From NCBI RefSeq assembly GCF_009914755.1, contig NC_060925.1: DNA of 64,000 nucleotides, one strand, 5' to 3'. The stretch comes from the human T2T-CHM13v2.0 reference genome, Homo sapiens. A model generated the notes under the pieces. The model made no database searches and was not told the DNA's origin. It was given only the letters and a program-made list of their open reading frames with translations. The translations under genes were made by a program, and so were the position numbers. Positions 45,976 to 64,000 of the stretch are shown here, piece by piece (the stretch's first letter is position 1; every line of letters begins with the position of its first letter).

Positions 45976-47029
45976 ACTATTTTTTTATGTAAAACCACAA
46001 TAGAAACACTTCTATAAAATTTTATGCTTATGAAACTTCCTTGGAAATGTTCTATCTGATTACAAATGCAGGTGATGATTTCCGCTTAGGGAAATAGTTG
46101 TTGCAACCATTAATTACATATTAAGTTTAAGAACTTGATGTGTCCCATTTAATCTCGATTAAACACAGTACAGGTCAAGTGATTGATGTATTCGAAGATA
46201 AATAGGATGGAAAAAGTACAGATATTTAAAGCTTACAGCTTATTACAACAAAATACTTTTAGAACAGATAATAGGAAACTATAATAAGCGAGTTTCTATG
46301 GAACAACTGAACATTATGTTAAACATAGGCAAAAGCTTTTTAATAGTGCACAATTAAACCAAAGGTAAGCCTGGTAAGCAATTCACCTAAGAGGTAATTT
46401 TTCAGAGTATGGGGAAGAATAACAGCAATGACATAAAACAGAAGACATGAGAGAATAAGGTGAAAATCATCTTTGAAATTCAGACCTTTAAGTTTTTCAA
46501 GTGCATCATTTAGTATCATTGATGTGAGGTCTGAGCAAATGCCACTCTGAATTACCTCAAGGCTTAGGCTCATTATTATTAATGATTTCATAATGGATAT
46601 GGCAAAACTAGAGGTACTTATCATATTTTATCAAAATGTTATCTGTTAATATACATCCCAAGTCTTCTAAAAACCAAAAAAACTTAGTGAGGAGATTTAC
46701 AAAGGAAATTTTATTCCATTTATAATGATCTCTGATATGTCTGTGTCAATCCATTGCTCAATACAAATATTCACAACATGGATGAACATCCTGTAATAGC
46801 TTGATCAAAGAAATATCAACTAGAAAAACATTGATTACTTTATTTATGAATATTGTTTTCAATAAATGAAATTCACTTATAAACAGAAAACATAAACTAA
46901 GATATGGTTTAATCAAATGAAATTATGTTTGAATTGTGATTTATGAAGTATATATACATGCATGTATATTTTAATATTTAACTATGAGAAAGTAAACATT
47001 TGTATCATAACATTATGGATCAAATTGAT

Positions 47030-47653
47030 TCATTTATTCATTCTGCAAAATATTTATTCAGGACCTATTATGCATCAAGCATTTTGCTACATGCTTGGAT
47101 TTGAGCAATAAAATTAACATATCAGACCTCATGGTACTTACTTTCTACAACTTATTTTCTATACATTTATGTAATTAAATATTTTAGGTAGTGAAAAGTA
47201 ATATAAAGAAAAAAATGAAGAGGATCAAGAGCATACAAGTGGCTGCTGTTCTAGAAGACATAGGCAGGGAAAGACTTAGGAGTATGTTGAGCAGAGTCTG
47301 AATGAAGCACAGGGGCCAGAAAGACATCTGGAAAAAAGGCACTTCAGGCAGAAAGGACAGCCAGTACAAAAGCTGTAGGTGGAAAATGCCTTTGTTCTGA
47401 CAGTAGAAATTTGGTTATGCAGTTAAGTCAGAGTGGAAGAGTGGGAGTAAAGGATGTTAGAAAATTTACTAGTGGCCTGATAACTTAGGAAGGACTATGA
47501 AGCCTGTCATAAAATTCAAGATTTATTGTATACAAGGCAAGATAAGACATTGAATGTTTTTGAGCAGAAGAGTAACCGAATCCCAAACAAATATAGGACA
47601 TCACGAGCTGTGGGTGGAAAATTGACTTATAAAGGCACAAAATGGTAGCAGGG
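47030..47653 (-). mobile_element. L2 3' fragment, cut off at the THE1 LTR
   Basis: cattcattctgcaaaatatttattcagg-type tail (catttattcattctgc); L2 body up to 47653. Confidence 0.7.
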
Positions 47654-48020
47654 TGTATTAGTCCATTCTCATGCTGCTAATAAAGACATACTTGAGACTG
47701 GGTCATTTATAAAGGAAAGAGGTTTAATTGACTCACAGTTCAGCATGGCTGGGGAGGCCTCAGGAAACTTACATAGCAGAAGGGAAAGCAAACACCTTCT
47801 TCACATGGCAGCAGAAAGGAGAAGTGTTGAGCAAAGAGGAGAAGCCCCTTATAAAACCATTAGATCTCACGAGAACCCACTCACCACCATGAGAGGAGCA
47901 TGGGAATAACTGTCACCATGATTCAACCACCTCCCACCAGGTCCTTCCCACAACACATGGGGATTACGGGAACTAGAATTCAAGATGAGATCTAGGTGGA
48001 GACAGAGCCAAAACATATCG
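47654..48020 (-). mobile_element. THE1C/D-type LTR (3' LTR of the composite THE1)
   Basis: gctgctaataaag...cagttcagcatggctggggaggcctcaggaaactta...ggagaagtgttgagcaaag. Confidence 0.88.
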
Positions 48021-49597
48021 TTTCACCCCTGGTACCTCCCAGATTTCATGTCCTCACATTTCAAAACACAATCATGCCTTCCCAACAGTTCCCCAACGAC
48101 TTAATTTATTCCAACATTAACTCAAAAGTTCAATGCCAAAGTATCATCTGAGCAAGCAAGTCTCTTCTGCCTATAAGTCTGTGAAATCAAAATCTAGTTA
48201 CTTCCTAGATAGAATGGGGGTACAGGCATTGGATAAATACACCTGTTCCAAATTGGAGGAGCTGGCCAAAACAAAGGGGCTACTAGAGGCCCCATGCAAG
48301 TTCAAAATCCCATAGGACAGTCTTTAAACCTTAAAGTTCCAAAATGATGTCCTTTAACTCCATGTCTCACATCCATATCATGCTGATGCAAGAGGTGGGT
48401 TCCTATGGTCTTGTGCAGCTCTGCCCCTTTGACTTCGCAGATTACAGCCTCCCTCCTGGCTGCTTTTACAGGCTGGCATTGCATGTCTGTGGCTTTTCCA
48501 GGTGCACGGTGCAAGCTGTTGGTGGATCTACCATTCTGGGGTTTGGAGCACAGTGGCCCTCTTCTCACAGCTCCACTAGGTGGTGCCCCAGCAGAGACTC
48601 TGCATGGGCACTCTGACTCCATATTTCCCTTCCACACTACCCTAGCAGAGGTTCTTCATGAGAGCCTAGCCCCTGCAGAAAACTTCTGGCTGAGCATCCA
48701 GGCATTTCCATACATCTTCCGAAATCCAGGCCGAGGTTCCCAAACCTCAATTCTTGACTTCTGTGCATCCGCAGGCTTAATGCCATGTGGAAGCTGCCAA
48801 GGGTTGGGGCTTGCACCCTTTAAAGCCATGGCCCAAGCTCTATGTTGGCCCCTTTCAGCCAGGGCTGGAGCAGCTGGGATGTAGGGCACCGAGTCCCTAG
48901 GCTGCACACAGCATGGGGACCCTGAGCCCAGCCCACAAAACTACTTTTTCCTCCTAGGCCTCCAGGCCTGTGATGGGAGGGTCTGCTGTGAAGACCTCTG
49001 ACATGCCCTGGAGACATTTTTTCCATAGTCTTGCAGATTAACATTCAGCTCCTCATTAATTATGCAGATTTCTGCTGCCAGCTTGAATTTCTCCTCAGAA
49101 AATGGGATTTTGTTTTCTATCACATTGTCAGGCTGCAAACTTTCTGAACTTTTATGATCTCCTTCCCTTATAAAACTGAATGCCTTTAACAGCACCCAAA
49201 TAAACTTTTGAATACTTTGCTGCTTAGAAATTTATTCTGCCAGGTAACCTAAATCATCTCACTCAAGTTCAAAGTTCCACAAATCTCTAGGGCAAGGGCA
49301 AAATGTCACTAGTCTCTTTGCTAAAACACAAGAGTCACCTTTGCTTCAGTTCCCAACAAGTTTTTCATTTCCATCTGAGACCACCTCAGCCTGTATTTTA
49401 TTGTCCAGATAATTATCAGCATTTTTGTTAAAGCCATTCAACAAGTCTCTAGGGAGTTCCAAACTTTCCCACATTTTCCTGTCTTCCTCTGAGCCTTCCA
49501 AACTGTTCCAACTTCTGCCTGTTACCCAGTTCCAAAGTCACTTCCACATTTTTGGGTATCTTTTCAGCAGCACCCCAATCTACTGGTACTAATTTAC
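48021..49597 (-). mobile_element. THE1 internal region (~1.58 kb)
   Basis: MaLR internal sequence; degenerate ORF pieces (QPDNVIENKIPFSEEKFKLAAEICI; GAVRRGP). Confidence 0.93.
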
Positions 49598-49941
49598 TGT
49601 ATTAGTTCATTTTCACACTGCTGATAAAGACATACCTGACACTGGGCAATTTACGAAAGAAAGAAATTTATTAAACTTACAGTTCCATGTGGCTGGGAAG
49701 GCCGTACAATCATGGCAGAAGGTGGAAGACATATCTCACATGGTGGCAGACAAGAAAAGAGAGTTTGTGCAGGGAAATTCACCCTTTTAAAACAATCAGA
49801 TCTCGTGAGATTTATTCACTGTTATGAGAATAGAACAGGAAAGACTTGCCCACATGATTCAATTACCCCCCACTGGGTCCCTACCGCAACATATAGGAAT
49901 TCAAAATGAGATTTGGGTGGGCACACAGCCAAACCATATTA
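49598..49941 (-). mobile_element. THE1A/B-type LTR (5' LTR of the composite THE1)
   Basis: ctgctgataaag...gggcaattta...ggcagacaagaaaagagagtttgtgcagggaaa. Confidence 0.88.
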
Positions 49942-52900
49942 GATGCATAGTTTGAAAATACTTTCTCTCATTCTGTGGGTTGTCTGTGTACTCTGCTGAT
50001 AATTTCTTTTGCTGTGCAGAAGTTTTTTAGTTTAATTAGGTCCCATCTATTTTTGTTTTTGTTGCATTTGCTTTTGGGTTCTTGGTCATGAACTCTTTAG
50101 CTAAACCAACATTTAGGAGAGTTTTACTGATGTATCTTCTAGAATTTTTATGGTTTCAGGCATTAGATTTAAGTTTTTGATCCACCTTGAGTTGATTTTT
50201 GTATAAGGTAAGCGATGAGGATCTAGTTTCATTCTTCTACATGTGGCTTGCCAATTATCCCAACATCATTTATTGAATAAGATGCACTTTTTCCACTTCA
50301 GATTTTTGTTTTCTTTGTTGAAGATTAGTTGGCTGTAAGTATTTGGCTTTATTCTGTGTACTGTATTTTGTTCTATTGGTCTAAGTGCCTATTTTTATAC
50401 CAGTACCATGCTGCTTTGGTAACGATAGCGTTGTACTACAGTTTGATGTTGGGTAATGTGATTCCTCCAGGTTTGCTCTTTTTGGTTAACCTTGCTTTGG
50501 TTTGAGGGGTCTTTATTGGTATATAGAATTTTAGAATTGATTTTTATAGTTCTGCAAAGGTTGATAATGGTGGTACTTTGATGGGAATTGCAATGAATCT
50601 GTAGATTGCTTTTGGCAGTATGGTCATTTTCACAAAATTGATGCTACTCATTCATGAGCATGGGATGTGTTTCCATTTGTTTGTTTTCATCTATAATTTC
50701 TTTCAGCAATGTTTTATAGTTTTTCTGGTAGAGATCTTTCACCTTCTCGAATAGGTATATTCCTAAGTATTTTATCATATATTATTTTTTGCTGCTGTTG
50801 TAAAAGGAATTGAGTTATTGATTTGTTTCTCAGCTCTTTCATTGTTGGTGTATAGCAGTGTTACTGATTTGTGTACATTGATTCTATATCTTCAAATTTT
50901 ACTGGATTCATTATCAGATCTAGGAGCTTTTTGGATGAGTCTTTAGGGTTTTCTAAGTATATAATCATATCATTGGCAAACAGTGACAGTTTTGACTTCT
51001 TCTTTACCAATTTGAATGCCCTTTATTTCTTTCTCATCTGATTGTTCTAGCTAGGACTTAAAGTATTATGTTGAATAGAAATGGTGAAAGTCATCATCCT
51101 TGTCTTGTTCCAATTCTCAGGGGAAATGCTTTTAACTTTTACCAGTTCAGTATGATGTTGGCTGTGGGTTTGTCATAGATAGTTTATCATTTGTTACCTT
51201 GAGGTACGTCCCTTCTATCCCAATTTTACTGAAGGTTTTTATCATAAAGGGATGCTGGATTATGTCAAGTGCTTTCTCTGCATCTATTGAGATGATCATG
51301 TGATTTTTGTTTTTAATTCTGTTTGTGTGGTGTATCACAGTTTTTGACTTATGTATGTTAAACCATTCCTGCATCCATGGTATAAATACCAATTTATCAT
51401 GATGTATTGTATTCTTGATATGCTGTTGTATTCAGTTAGCTAGTATTTCATTGAAGATTTTTGCATCTATGTTTATTAGAGATACTGGTCTGTAGTTTTC
51501 TTTTTTTGTTATTTTTTTTTCCTGGTTTTGGAATTTGCTTGATATTGGTTCATAGAATGATTTAAGGAGGATTCCCTCTTTCTCTGTCTTTTGGAATAGT
51601 TTCAATAGGATTGGTACCAATTCTTTTTCAAATTCAGCTGTGAATCTATCTGGTACTGGACTTTTTTGTTGGCAGTTTTTAAAATTACTGTTTCAAACTT
51701 GCTACTTGTTATTGGTCTGTTCAGAGTTTCCATTTCTTCCTGATTTAATCTGGGAGGATGTATATTTCCAGGAATTTATCCATCTCCTCCAGAATTTCTA
51801 GTTTGTATGCATAAAGGTGTTGATAATAGCCTTGAATGATCTTTTGTATTACTGTGGTATTTGTTGTAATATCTCCTGTTTCTTTTCTAATTGAGCTTAT
51901 TTGGATCTCTCTTTTTTTCTTGGTTAATCTCTTTAATTGTCTATCAATTTTATCTTTTCCAAAAAACAGTTTTTTGTTACATTTATCTTTTGTATTGTTT
52001 TTTGTTTGTTTCAATTTCATTTAGTTCTTCTCTGATTTTTGTTATTTCTTTTCTTCTGCTGGGTTTGAGTTTGGTTTGTTCTTGTTCTCTAGTTCCTTCA
52101 GGCATGACCTTATGTTGTCTATTTGTGCTCTTCCAGAATTTTTAATGTAGGCATTCAATGCTATAAACTTTCCTCTTACCATCACTTTTGCTGTATCCCA
52201 GAGGTTTTAAGTTGTGTCACTATTATCATTCAGCTCAAAGAACTTTTTAACTTTCATCTTGGTTTTATTGTCAACCCAAAGATCATGCAAGAACATATTT
52301 AATTTCCATGCATTTGTATAGTTTTGAGGGTTCCTTACAGTGGTCTGGAGAATACTTAATATAATCTTGATTTTCTTGAATTTATTGAGACTTGTTTTGT
52401 GATCTATTATATGGTCGCTTTTGGAGAATGTTCCATGTGCCAATGTAAATAATATATATTCTCAGTTGTTGGGTAGAATCTTCTGTAAATGTTTGTTAAG
52501 TACATTTGTTCTAGAATATAGTTTAAGTCCATTGTTTCTTTCTTGACTTTCTGTTTTGATGATTGTCTAATGCTGTGGGTGGAGTATTGAAGTCCCTCAC
52601 TATTATTGCATTGCTGTCTATCTCATTTTTAGGTCTATTAGTAATTGTTTTATAAATTTGGGACCTCCAGCATTAGGTACATATATATTTAGGATTGTGA
52701 TATTTTCTTGCTGTACTAATACTTTTATTATTATAAAATGTTCCTTTTTCTCTTTTTTTCTTACTGTTGTTGCTTTAAAGTCTGTTTTTTCTGATATAAG
52801 AATACCTACTCCTGCTTGCTTTTGGTTTCCATTTGTGTGGAATATCTTTATCCACCCCTTTATCTTAAGTGTATGCGAGTCCTTATGTGTTAAGTGAGTT

Positions 52901-53943
52901 TCTTGAAGACAGAAGATCCTTGGTTGGTGGATTTTTTTTATCCATTCAGACATTCTGTATCTTTTAAGTGGAGCATTTAACATTGGTATTAAGATGTGCA
53001 TTACTGTTGTGTTTATTATGTTAGTTGTTGCCTTAATACCTTCTTTGTTTTTTTCAATTGTGTTATTTTTTATAGGTCCTGTGAGATTTATGCTTTAAGC
53101 AAGTTTGCCTTTGGTGTATTTCAAGGTTTAAAACTCCTTTAAGTACTTCTTGTAGTGCTGGTTTAGCAGTGGCAAATTCTCTCAGCATTTGTTGTCCGAA
53201 AAAGACTTTATCTCTCCTTCATTTGTGCAGCTTAGTTTTGCTAGATACAAAATTGTTAGCTGACAATTATTTTGTTTCACAAGGCTAAATATGGGATCCC
53301 AATTCCTTCTGGCTTATAATGTTTCTGCAAAGAAATCTGCTGTTAATCTCATAGATTTTCCTTTGAGGCTATCTTGATACTTTTGTCTCATAGCTCTTAA
53401 GAGTCTTTTCTTCATCTTGGCTTTAGATAGCCTGATGACTATGTGCCTAGGTGATGAACTTTTTGCAATGCATTTCCCAGGTGTTTTATAACTTCTTGCA
53501 TTTTGATGTCTAGACCACTAGCAAGGGCAGAGAAGTTTTCCTCAATTATTCCCTCAAGTTTTCCAAACTCTTAGATTTCTCCTCCTCCTTAGGAACACCA
53601 ATTATGCTTCAGTTTTGTTGTTTAATATAATGCAAACTTCTTGGAGGCTTTTTTTTTTTTTTTTTTTTTTAGTCTTTGTATGATTGGGTTAATTAGAAAG
53701 CCTTGTCTTTGAGCTCTGAAGTTCTTTCTTCTACTTGTTCTAGTATACTGTTGACTCTTTCCACTGCATTTTGTATTTCTCTAAGTGCGTCTTTCATTTC
53801 CAGAAACTGTGATTGTTTTTTTCTTTATGATATCTTTTTATCTGAGCATTTTTATTCACATTCTATATTGTTTATTAATTTCTTTTAGTTGGTTTTTACC
53901 TTTCTCTGGTATCTCCTTGAGTAGCTTAATAATAAACCTTCTT
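49942..53943 (-). mobile_element. L1PB-type element: degenerate ORF2 and ORF1, 3' end missing
   Basis: Fragments [14 protein letters not shown] and FCLQETHLTHKDSHTLKIKGW; many stops. Confidence 0.9.
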
Positions 53944-57370
<3,427 letters not shown>

Positions 57371-57742
57371 CCATACACCTTATATTTTTGTGTATTGCAA
57401 TGTAGGTGCAATTTTTTTTCTTTCCACTAGATCTTAGGTTCCTTTAGGTAAAATATGTGGTTATTTCATTTTGTATCATTAGCTTCTATTTTAGGCCTAG
57501 AAATTTTCAGATGCCAAATACACTTATATATTTGAATTTTTTCCCAATTTTATATTAGTTTTATAAAAATATATTTTTCATGCATAATAGAAACTATATA
57601 GTATATATTAATATAGCTGACATAAATATTTCTGAAATATTGAGTACTTGACAGGTTTACATGTGACAACTTTATCAATGCATAGTTATCAGAGAGAAAA
57701 ACTCTTTGAGAACATCAGGAAAAAAGTTGATTTTCGCATCCA

Positions 57743-57745
<3 letters not shown>

Positions 57746-57784
<39 letters not shown>
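57746..57784. repeat. (TG)19 microsatellite
   Basis: Perfect TG run. Confidence 0.98.
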
Positions 57785-57786
<2 letters not shown>

Positions 57787-58609
57787 TTAGAATATACAAA
57801 ATGTAGAAGTCAATTTCTACATATTTAAGTTAATCTTTCTGTCAACAAATACCAGGATTATACATTTAAATTATTTTTACTTTGTTGAAAGAATTTTTGA
57901 TATTGATAAATGATATTTACTGAATGACAAAACTTAGTCCTTTGCATTTGCTATTCATTAAATATTTTATAGCACTGCAATTTCAGCAACATATTAAAAT
58001 AAAAATCCTGACGTAGTGAAATAGACATCTCACTTTCTGAGGTATGCTTGCAGACATTTTTCACATACACTTTAATACTTCTATGGTAATTTACAGTTAT
58101 TAAAGTGTTTTTCGCCCCCATCATGCAATGTATTGTTCAATCAATGTAGTTTTAGAAAAACTGCATTTCTTTCTACCTAGACTTCTAAGATGAGAGTACA
58201 GAATGGTTTCAGTAGGTTCAATGACTCTCTTTAGGATTTGTGCCTTAAGAATTTGGAAGCTTTCAAAGAACTTTTGTAGTAAAGGGAGAGGATAGTTTAA
58301 CACATAGCAGCAGGGAAAAAAAAAACCCCACAAAATTGTCATGTGCTCTGAGAACTTGGATGGCAATTTTTGGATATTCTACTATTGAATTAAAATAAAA
58401 CTCTTTTAGATAATTATTTCTCCTACAGAACATGTGCTCCACAGAATAGTCAGATTGAGTAAATAGACAAAATATATATTGACCTTTGATAGCCATTTGT
58501 TGGTATATGATCTATAGCAAATATTCTATGTCACAACTCACAATTCATGTTTCTAAAGGACTGAAAGATATTTAAAAGAATGATAACCTTTCCCGACACA
58601 CAAATATCA

Positions 58610-58905
<296 letters not shown>

Positions 58906-59682
58906 TTGAATAAACACTTCAAAGATTTTTATTTAACTAAGTTAATAAAGATTGATAAGGTGTTACAAAAGAGAACACAGAATAACATGCATTTATACTC
59001 AGGTAAAGAATAATAAAATAAATTTACAAATGAATGCAAAACTTATGCAAATTATCAATGTCCACAGAACAATAGTCACTATATTCCACTAAGCAAAATT
59101 TGAATTTGTATGAAAAAGAATTATTTGATATTTTATGAGCGTTCTAACTACTTAGAAAGTTATAAAACAGCTCTAAGATGATGAAAATAGAAACAAAAAT
59201 TCCCCCCAAAACATACAACCAGATAGCTATACAGGCTGTGCTCTAAACAACACATAGTTTTCCCTTAAAGGGTCTTACTATATTTTGATTACTTCAATTA
59301 TTTCCCACAGTCTTGTCCTCATGAACTAGGTACAGTATTTTGGTGTACAGCTAAGAGTATGTAAAGTGAATGAAAAATATCTCCAATATAATGCCTGAAT
59401 TTAAATTATCATGCCATATTACTTGAGATTATAATCTTTGTCCCTCTGTGGTTAATCATCTTAAATTCAGTAAATCTTCATTTTCATGTTCTTGTCCCTA
59501 TTCTTTTTAGAATTTTCTTTTGTCAGTGACAATAAAGAAGAAGAAATAAAGATATGTACTAAATTCCTAAAAATGGACACATTAATATATGAATTTTAGT
59601 TCAAATTGTTTACAGGATTAATAATGAGATTTATATTTAAGCAAAGGAAGAGGTACCTTCATATGCTTTAGAAAGATAAGCA

Positions 59683-60264
59683 TTTTATTTTTCATTGACA
59701 TGTAATAATTAAATGTGCAGTGTGATGTTTTGTTAAATGAATACACCGTATAATGATCAAATTAAGTAATTAGTATTTTTGTCACCTCAAAGCTTTGCCA
59801 GTTCTTTGTGGTGAGAACATTCAAATTTCTCTCTTCTAATTCTTAGAAATATATCATACATTATTGTTAACTATAGTCAGCCTACTCTGTGTTAAAATAC
59901 CAGAACTTATTTTTCCTAACTATAACATTGTATCCATTATCCCACCTCTCCCCATCCTCTCTCTTCCTTCCCCTCCCTAGACTCAGGTAACCTCTATTCT
60001 ACTCTCTACTTCCATGAGCTCAGCTCCCATGTTAACTACAGTACTTATTCAGAATAGTCAAGATAAGAAATCAACCTAAGTGTTCGTCAACAAATGAATA
60101 TAGGAAATGTAGTATATATACACAATGGAATACCACTCAGCCATAAGAAAAGAATGAAATCTTGCCATTTGCTGCAACGAGAATGAACCTAAATATGTTC
60201 AGTGAAATAAGCCAAGCACAGAAAGACAAATACTGTATGATCTCGCTCATGTGAAATTTTAAAA
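59683..60264 (-). mobile_element. L1MA 3' end (59683-60021, minus) with inverted upstream segment (60023-60264, plus)
   Basis: ctttgtggtgagaacattcaaa...ctattctactctctacttccatgag, then sense aatcaacctaagtg...gaaataagccaagcacagaaagacaaatact. Confidence 0.82.
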
Positions 60265-60488
60265 TGTAGGTTGGGTTCTGATCCCAAGGAGAAAGGAGAA
60301 ACAAATGACAGAGTGAAAGTGCTTTGCATAATCTGGGAATTAACCTGGAGAAGAGGAAATGGTGGGAGTAGTCTACAGTTATGCCTCTATGACTATGTTA
60401 TTTGTGCTTTGGATTCTAAGCCTTCTTATTAACCACCCTTGCAAAATAAAACATCAGTAAGCATTACTGAATAGATTTCAGTGAGTTC

Positions 60489-62187
<1,699 letters not shown>

Positions 62188-62462
62188 CTATTGGTATAGA
62201 TACCCCTATATGGTAATGTTATGTTTTAAAATGTTTAAGGGATTATAGTAAAAGCACATACCTGCGCACAAAACCCAGCACATATTTTGTACTAAATGTT
62301 TTATAAAACATACAATCTTAAAATATATCAAAATTGTATGGCTAATTGAAAGGGAAACTTTTTGCTTTAGGTCACAGTTATTAAAGTATGTGTATTTCAG
62401 GGAACATTAGTTACAGGATTACTTGAAGACCCTTCAGTGCAATATTTTTTGGTTTAATAAGA

Positions 62463-62818
62463 TGTATTAGTCCATTTTCACACTGCTGATAAAGCCATAC
62501 CCCAGACTGGGCAATTTACAAAAGAAAGGTTTATTGGACTTACAGTTCCTCACGGCTGGGGAGGCCTCACAATCACGGTGGAAGATGAAAAGCACATCTC
62601 ACATGGCAGCAGACAAAAGAAGAGAGCTTGTGCAGGGAAACTCCCCTTCATAATACCATCAGATCTGTGATATTTATTCACTATCACAAGAACAGTATGG
62701 GAAAGACCCCTTCCCATGATTCAATCACCTCCCACTGGGTCCCTCCTACACCATGTAGGAATGGTAGGAGCTACATTTCAAGGTAAGTTTTGGGTGGTAA
62801 CACAACTAAACCATATCA
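62463..62818 (-). mobile_element. THE1B solo LTR
   Basis: tgtattagtcc...aaaccatatca; TSD taaga/taagg. Confidence 0.92.
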
Positions 62819-63593
62819 TAAGGTAAAATTTCTAAACCAGGTTGCAGAATATGAACAATAATATAGTGACATAGATTTTGAGATTTGACTTGGACTTGTA
62901 TTTGGGTTCATAGAATTTGACTTGAAGTCTTAAATCATCATGATATCACTGTTAGCATAGTATAATATTATATAAGAAAATAAGCTTTACTTTTTTAAAG
63001 TTTAAAAATTTAATAAATGTGTTCCTGGAGATAATTCCTGGAGAAAAAATAAGCAATTTCAATAGAATCTTCTTTTTCTTTGCTTTGAATATTTTATTCT
63101 ATAAATCAATATAGTACATAATTCCTTATGTCATAAGATGTGGAGGAAACATCTTTTCTTTTGTATTAACAAATATTTGTAAGAATTCAGAGTTGTTAGT
63201 CTATCCTACATTACAAAAAATGTTTGAGTGTCATTCTAAAATTTTCTACTTCTAGCTTCTGAAAAATAATGATTCACCTAGCACATTCATTTACAACTCG
63301 ACTTTCTATAGAATCAATTACAAAAAAACTAACGGTAGAAAATGAGTGGCAAAAAGATTTTCATACATTGCTGAAAGATATAATTAGTGGATATTTAACT
63401 GATAATTAAAGAATCTAATTCAGAGGATGTACAAAGAAGAATACAGGTAAACTTTTGCAGTAGGTAACCACAGAGAATTGGAACAAAAAAAAATTCGAAG
63501 TAAAGGTAAGTTAAAAACAGTTGCATCTACCGATTATAAGAATCAACATTCTTTATTCACTCACTATTCACTGCTGGTTGAAGATCAGCAATT

Positions 63594-63800
63594 TTGTAAC
63601 AATACTTTAGTAAATTTGTAATTCTGTAAAAATTGAAATCTTTAAATTACTAAAATTTTAAATTATAAATGTATAAATTAGTAATTTTGTAAATGTAAAT
63701 TGTACATTTGTAAATCTGTAAATTTGTAAATTAGAAACATTAGAAATTAATAAATTTTAAAACTTAGTAAATTTATCCATGTTTGAAGATTAGTAAATTT
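63594..63800. repeat. Degenerate AT-rich tandem repeat (GTAAATTT-like units)
   Basis: Many imperfect gtaaatt(t/a) copies. Confidence 0.7.
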
Positions 63801-64000
63801 GCCTCTATAACACTATAAGGGAAATAAAACTTAGTATTCTGCTTCTCACTGAGTTGAAATGAGAATGGCAATCTAGGAAACTCTAGATTTTGCATTTGGG
63901 AGAGAGTCCCATAAAACTGTCTGTACCATACTGTATGCATTCTAAAATAAGCCAGTCTCAGAAATCCAGAGTGGAAAGTTGCTCATTTAGGTGAGAAGCC

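Noticed and set aside
48133-49195. Cluster of overlapping ORFs on both strands
   Set aside because: Degenerate, relatively GC-rich THE1 internal sequence

Overview
AT-rich, repeat-dense primate genomic DNA. AluY, L1PA2-4, HERV-H and THE1 elements point to human or another great ape. I could not support any host protein-coding exon, RNA gene or CpG island; the long ORFs all derive from LINE-1, HERV-H, THE1 or Tigger remnants. The window opens in a minus-strand HERV-H provirus (gag, leader, His-tRNA PBS) whose 5' LTR has lost almost all of U3. It then runs through L1M/MLT2A/Alu nests, L2, MIR, MER44, MER2, MER20, MER5A and MaLR LTRs. It also holds a 4.5 kb L1PA3/2, a THE1 element with mismatched LTRs, an L1PB interrupted by a 5'-inverted L1PA2, a 5'-inverted L1MA, an L1PA4 and a THE1B solo LTR. 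Most L1 and LTR elements lie on the minus strand, which suggests an intron of a large plus-strand gene. I found no evidence of a novel biological system. The notable signals are structural: the promoter-less HERV-H LTR, a likely THE1-THE1 recombination deletion scar, a permuted local duplication preserving a pre-Alu site, and twin-priming inversions. Subfamily names come from recalled consensus sequences, not a search, and boundaries of old elements are approximate.
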